Positions 59,243 through 64,000 of a DNA stretch of 64,000 nucleotides are shown here, one piece after another. This stretch comes from an uncultured delta proteobacterium. Lineage in GTDB: Bacteria > Myxococcota_A > Polyangia > Fen-1088. Made by a program: the position numbers and the translations under genes. Under the pieces are notes generated by a model that had not been told where the DNA came from, made no database searches, and saw only the letters and a program-made list of their open reading frames with translations. The stretch covers positions 1 to 64,000 of the forward strand of contig CAVTRY010000019.1 of assembly GCA_963737265.1 (NCBI GenBank), written 5' to 3'. How positions within the stretch are numbered: position 1 is the first letter of the stretch; every line of letters begins with the position of its first letter.

Positions 59243-60585
59243 ACCTGCAAGATGAATCGGGTTGGGTCTTCGATGAGCTCCTTGACGGCGACCAGGAAGA
59301 GAACGGCTTCGCGGCCGTCGACAATGCGATGGTCGTACGACAGGGCGAGGTACATCATGGGTCGAATCACGACCTTGTCTCCTTCGGCGATGGGGCGGGG
59401 CTCGATCCGGTGCAGACCCAGGATGGCGCTTTGGGGCGGATTCAAGATCGGTGTCGACAGCATGGATCCGAAAACCCCACCGTTGGAAATGGTGAAGGTG
59501 CCACCGGTCAGCTCGTCGATGGTCAGCTTGCCCTCTTCGCCCTTGTTGCCGAAGGCGGCGATGGCGCGTTCGATGTCGGCCAAGCTCATCCTGTCGGCAT
59601 TGCGCAGCACCGGAACGACCAGTCCGCGCGACGTGCTCACGGCCACGCCGATGTCGAAATAGCCGTGGTACACCACATCGTCGCCGTCCACCGAGGCATT
59701 GACGATGGGATAGCGCTTGAGCGCCTCGGCGCAGGCTTTGACGAAGAAGCCCATGATCCCGAGCTTCACCCCGTGCTGCGATTGGAAGGTATCGCGGTAG
59801 TTGCGGCGCAGATCCGTCAGGGCCTGCATGTTGATCTCGTTGAACGTGCTCAGGATCGCGGCGCTGCGCTGGGCTTCCAGCATACGCTCGGCGATGCGCG
59901 CCCGCAGGCGGCTCATCTTCGCGCGTGTGGTGGGGCGCGCCGCCAACGACTCATGGCCCGACGGTGTCGTTGCGGTTTGGGAAATCTCGACCACCGTGGG
60001 GGCCTCGCCGAAATTGCCGGCGAGCTGGGGCGACTGCGCTAGGTGACGGAGGACGTCTTCCTTGGTAATGCGTCCGCGCGGGCCGGTGCCAACGATGTCG
60101 GCCGGGCTGAGCTGACGTTCCTCCAACAGCCGGCGCACCGCCGGAGCGAGGCCGTCACCCGAATCCGTCGCACCCTTGTTGTCGGCCGAAGGCACTTTCG
60201 CCGGCGGGGCCGCGGGCGCTGTCGGGGCTGGCGCGACCTTGGCTGGCGGCGCTGCCTTGGCCGCCGGCGCGCTTGGGACCTTCGCCGCGGGCGGAACGCT
60301 TGTCTTGGCGGCCGGCTTGGCGGCAACCGGCTTGGCGCCGGTAGCGCTCGCGGCCTCGATGGTCGTGATGACGTCCCCGCGCTTGACCGAATCGCCCTTC
60401 TTGCGCAACTGCTGACCCAAAACCCCCGTGCCGGGCGCGGCGATCTCCAAAACGACCTTGTCGGTCTCGATTTCAGCTAGCGGTTCGTCGGCCCTGACCT
60501 CGTCGCCGGGGTTCTTGTGCCAGACGATGAGGGTGCCGTCGGCGACCGATTCTGGCAGTTCGTTGACTCTTACCTCGACGATCAT
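59239..60585 (-). CDS. sucB: Dihydrolipoyllysine succinyltransferase E2
   Basis: Lipoyl [26 protein letters not shown]. Confidence 0.95.
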   Translation of the reverse strand: MIVEVRVNELPESVADGTLIVWHKNPGDEVRADEPLAEIETDKVVLEIAAPGTGVLGQQLRKKGDSVKRGDVITTIEAASATGAKPVAAKPAAKTSVPPAAKVPSAPAAKAAPPAKVAPAPTAPAAPPAKVPSADNKGATDSGDGLAPAVRRLLEERQLSPADIVGTGPRGRITKEDVLRHLAQSPQLAGNFGEAPTVVEISQTATTPSGHESLAARPTTRAKMSRLRARIAERMLEAQRSAAILSTFNEINMQALTDLRRNYRDTFQSQHGVKLGIMGFFVKACAEALKRYPIVNASVDGDDVVYHGYFDIGVAVSTSRGLVVPVLRNADRMSLADIERAIAAFGNKGEEGKLTIDELTGGTFTISNGGVFGSMLSTPILNPPQSAILGLHRIEPRPIAEGDKVVIRPMMYLALSYDHRIVDGREAVLFLVAVKELIEDPTRFILQV

Positions 60586-60678
60586 GGAAGGATACCTCCT
60601 GGCGCTTGGCGCCTCGGCAATTCAGGTTGACCTGTCGGCAACGGTCGGCGGCTACTATAGCCCATGGGCGGGCTAGGG

Positions 60679-63522
60679 CTAGTGCCCCGTCGTGCCCGTG
60701 GCCGCGGTTTCGGGGCCGTCCGGCAAGCTCAGCGCGCTGTCGACCAATTGCTTCTGCCGTTCCACGTGCCGATGGTAATCGCCGCCCGACGGCGCCGCCA
60801 TGACCGGTCGACCAGAATAGAGAAGCTTCTGCTTGGGCGCAAGCGCGGCCGTCAACCGATCCCTGACAAAGTACCAGGCGCCCTGATTTTCCGGCTCTTC
60901 CTGTGCCCACACCACCTCGCGCAGGTTGGGAAAGTGGGTGAGCTCGGCCGCGATGGCGTCGGTCGGGTAGGGGTTGAGCTGTTCCACGCGGGCAATGGCA
61001 ACACCCGGAATCCCCTTTTCCCGCCGTGCCTCCAGGATGTCGTAATAGAGCTTGCCCGAGCACAGAACCAAGCGGTCGATCTTGCGTGCGTCCACGAGAT
61101 CGATCTCGCCGATGACCACGCGAAAAGCGCCCTGGGTCAGCTCGTCGAGCGGCGAGAAGGAAATCTTCCGCCGCAGCATGCTTTTGGGGGAAAAAATGAC
61201 GAGGGGTTTGCGATAGGGGCGAATGACCTGGCGGCGCAACAAGTGGAACATCTGCGCCGGCGACGATGGGTAGCAGACCTGCATGTTGTCCTGCGCGGCC
61301 ATCTGCAAGAACCGCTCGATCCGCGCCGAGGTGTGCTCGGGACCTTGCCCTTCGTAGCCGTGGGGCAACATGAGCGTTAGCCCGCACAGCAGCCGCCATT
61401 TTTGCTCCGCGGCCGCGATGAACTGATCGATCACCACCTGCGCCCCGTTGGCGAAGTCGCCGAATTGCGCTTCCCAAATCACCAGCGTTTCCGGACTGGC
61501 GGCCGCGAAGCCATACTCGAAGCCAAGCGCGGCTTCCTCCGACAAAATGGAATTGATGACCGTGAAGCGCGCCTGCCCGTCCGAAATGTGTTGCAAGGGA
61601 ACGTATTCATCGCCATTGCGCTGATTGAGAAACACGGCGTGGCGGTGGAAGAAGGTGCCGCGACCGGTGTCCTGGCCCGACAGGCGCACCGGGCGGCCCT
61701 GCTCGACCAGACTGGCGTAAGCCATGATCTCGGCAAAACCCCAATCCACCGGCATGGCGCCCGCCGCCATCATGCGCCGATCTTCCACAATCTTGACTAC
61801 GCGCGGGTGCAATTCGAAGTCCTCGGGCAGGGAGTCGAGGCGTGCGCCGAGGCGACGGATCTCGGCCATGGCCACGGTCGTGTCGGCGGGTACCGACCAA
61901 TGGTTCTTGCGAATCTCCTCGAATACGCGCGGCTTGCGATCGACGAGCGGGCACACCATGCCGAGCGCGACCTGCTGTCCCTGCTTGAGCGCCTCGCGGT
62001 ACTCGCTCGCCAGCGCATCGGCCTGACCGGCGGCGATGACGCCTTCGTTCTCGAGCTTTTCCGCGTAGAGCTTGGCCACCGTGTCGCGCGCCCGAATCTT
62101 TTTGTACATCATGGGCTGGGTCGCGGCCGGTTCGTCGGCCTCGTTGTGTCCGTAGCGGCGGTAGCAAACGATGTCGATGATGACGTCCTTCTTGAAGGTC
62201 ATTCGGTAGTCGACCGCAAGTTGCGCAACGTAGGCTACCGCCTCGGGGTCGTCGCCATTGACGTGGAAGATCGGCGCTTGAACCACCTTGCCGACGTCAG
62301 TGCAGTAAAGGGTCGACCGCGCGTCAAGCGGGTGGCTGGTGGTGAAGCCGATGCGGTTATTGATGATGATGTGGATGGTGCCACCGGTGGTGTAGCCGCG
62401 CGTCTGCGAAAGATTGAGGGTTTCGTAGACCACGCCCTGACCGGCGAACGATGCGTCCCCATGCAGCAAAATCGCCATCACCTTTTTCCGTTCGCTGTCG
62501 TTGCGCTTCTCCTGGCGCGCACGCACCGAGCCCTCGGTCACGGGATCGATGATCTCGAGGTGCGACGGGTTGTAACCGAGCGCCAGGTGCAAAATTCCAC
62601 CCCGGGCGGCCACATCCGACGAGTAGCCCTGGTGGTACTTCACGTCGCCTGATACGCCCTTCCAGTCATGCACGCCCTCGAATTCCTCGAACAGTTCCTT
62701 GGGCGACTTGCCCATGATATTGACAAGCACGTTGAGGCGCCCGCGGTGGGCCATGCCGATTACGATTTCTTCCGTGCCCTGTGCGCCCGCGGTTTGGATA
62801 ATGGTGTCGAGGGCGGTAATGGCGGTTTCGCCGCCTTCGAGCGAGAACCGCTTCTGGCCGGCGTAGGCAGTCTGTAAGTAGTGTTCGAGGCCCTCGGCCG
62901 CGATCAGCCGCGCCAGAAATTGAACGCGATCGTCCTGCGTGAATTCAGGGCGGCTGCAGGTTGCTTCCAAGCGGGTTTGCAGCCAGCGCTTCTCCTCAAC
63001 TTCCGAGATATGCAGAAACTCCGAGCCGATGGATCCCGTGTAGGTACCGCGCAGCATGTCCACGATTTCACGCAAGGTCATTTCCGAGCGGCCACCGAGG
63101 TTGCCGGTGTGGAAGACCGTGTCCATATCGGCTTCGGTCAGGCTGTGGAAACCTGGGTCGAGGTCGGGGATGTTGGGTTGCGCGCGCAAGCGGATAGGGT
63201 CGAGGCGCGCCCGAAAATGTCCCAGTCCGCGGTGCGCCTGAATGAGTCGCATGACCGCGATTTGCTTCGCCACCGTGGCCTGGCTCTCGACCTTGGCGCG
63301 CCGTCCACTGGCTTTACTGGGGTCGTGGTCGTCGAAAAGCCGACGGATTTGGTCCGCAAGCGCCGCGCGCATCGGCGAATCGGCGCCCTTGAAGGTGGCG
63401 AACAGTCGCCGCCATTCCTCGGTAACCGACGCGGGCTGCGTCAGATAGCGCTCGTAGAGGTCCTCGATAAATTCAGCATTGCCGGCATAGACCGGCGTGG
63501 TCGGCAAAATCGCATTGATCAT
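60679..63522 (-). CDS. sucA: 2-oxoglutarate dehydrogenase E1
   Basis: KRFSLEG, GMAHRGRLN, GDVKYH, HGDASFAGQG, PHGYEGQGPEH. Confidence 0.97.
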   Translation of the reverse strand: MINAILPTTPVYAGNAEFIEDLYERYLTQPASVTEEWRRLFATFKGADSPMRAALADQIRRLFDDHDPSKASGRRAKVESQATVAKQIAVMRLIQAHRGLGHFRARLDPIRLRAQPNIPDLDPGFHSLTEADMDTVFHTGNLGGRSEMTLREIVDMLRGTYTGSIGSEFLHISEVEEKRWLQTRLEATCSRPEFTQDDRVQFLARLIAAEGLEHYLQTAYAGQKRFSLEGGETAITALDTIIQTAGAQGTEEIVIGMAHRGRLNVLVNIMGKSPKELFEEFEGVHDWKGVSGDVKYHQGYSSDVAARGGILHLALGYNPSHLEIIDPVTEGSVRARQEKRNDSERKKVMAILLHGDASFAGQGVVYETLNLSQTRGYTTGGTIHIIINNRIGFTTSHPLDARSTLYCTDVGKVVQAPIFHVNGDDPEAVAYVAQLAVDYRMTFKKDVIIDIVCYRRYGHNEADEPAATQPMMYKKIRARDTVAKLYAEKLENEGVIAAGQADALASEYREALKQGQQVALGMVCPLVDRKPRVFEEIRKNHWSVPADTTVAMAEIRRLGARLDSLPEDFELHPRVVKIVEDRRMMAAGAMPVDWGFAEIMAYASLVEQGRPVRLSGQDTGRGTFFHRHAVFLNQRNGDEYVPLQHISDGQARFTVINSILSEEAALGFEYGFAAASPETLVIWEAQFGDFANGAQVVIDQFIAAAEQKWRLLCGLTLMLPHGYEGQGPEHTSARIERFLQMAAQDNMQVCYPSSPAQMFHLLRRQVIRPYRKPLVIFSPKSMLRRKISFSPLDELTQGAFRVVIGEIDLVDARKIDRLVLCSGKLYYDILEARREKGIPGVAIARVEQLNPYPTDAIAAELTHFPNLREVVWAQEEPENQGAWYFVRDRLTAALAPKQKLLYSGRPVMAAPSGGDYHRHVERQKQLVDSALSLPDGPETAATGTTGH

Positions 63523-63778
63523 GGTGTGTTCAGGTCGGCAGGTGGAAACGTCGCTGGGACAGCGTCAACAGGCGTCAATAAGATGCGGGAAGTCCCGCTC
63601 TCGTCTCGCGAAAAAGGACAGACTCGGTCGCTCTAGAACACCAAGCCATTCTCGCCAGGCGAAACGCGGCAACCTTTGCCAGTGCCCGACATCCAAAACG
63701 TCGCTCGTACCGAGACGGGGATATCTGCGTACCTTGCAACGAGGCATGCCAATCTTCACCAATTTATGGAGGATCGTG

Positions 63779-64000
63779 ATGCGAAAGACTGCACTGTTTT
63801 TGGCTTTTCTGGTTGTAGCGGCGGTGGGAACAGCGCGGGCGGCGGAGCCCATGGCTGGACACGCGATGGCCGCGAAGCCGGCGGCGGCACAACAGACCTG
63901 CGGACAGATGATTTCAAGCATGGCACCCATTCCGGCCAAGCTTTCCGAAGGCGCGGCCTCGGTGGCGGACATGCTGGAAGCCCACGCGGCAATCATGGGC
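63779..64000 (+). CDS. Secreted hypothetical protein, runs off window
   Basis: GGAGG then MRKTALFLAFLVVAAVGTARAAEPMAGHAM...; no stop before 64000. Confidence 0.65.
   Translation, partial: MRKTALFLAFLVVAAVGTARAAEPMAGHAMAAKPAAAQQTCGQMISSMAPIPAKLSEGAASVADMLEAHAAIMG

Noticed and set aside
63523-63778. sucA leader RNA motif
   Set aside because: No recognisable conserved structure; the region is a divergent intergenic spacer.

Overview
High-GC bacterial DNA. The gene content (Cys-rich and Gly/Ser/Thr-linker lipoproteins, RRM protein, MoxR/Bat cluster, PilZ protein) suggests a myxobacterium-like organism, which is inference only. Bases 1-11,000 are an accessory zone of decayed mobile elements. It holds a truncated RHS gene, a head-to-tail IS21 (istA/istB) tandem plus a short extra left-end copy, two IS91-family transposase relics, toxin-antitoxin relics and a 981-aa secreted orphan. 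Bases 11,200-64,000 are mostly housekeeping: regB/regA, patB, ABC-2 transporter, ldh, cidA/lrgB, queG, feoAB, yceI, OPT transporter, FKBP, galE, two lpdA, MoxR-DUF58-Bat operon, GH12, Xre/RES TA, glnS, sucAB. This part also carries several gene scars and frameshifts. The most unusual signal is a family of four 50-67 bp elements built as GNA-triloop hairpin / G-tract / optional second hairpin. All four sit inside IS91 transposase relics, immediately 3' of GGC and with no target duplication. Removing the three in the first relic restores one continuous transposase reading frame. All product calls come from recognising protein motifs by eye; no database search was run.
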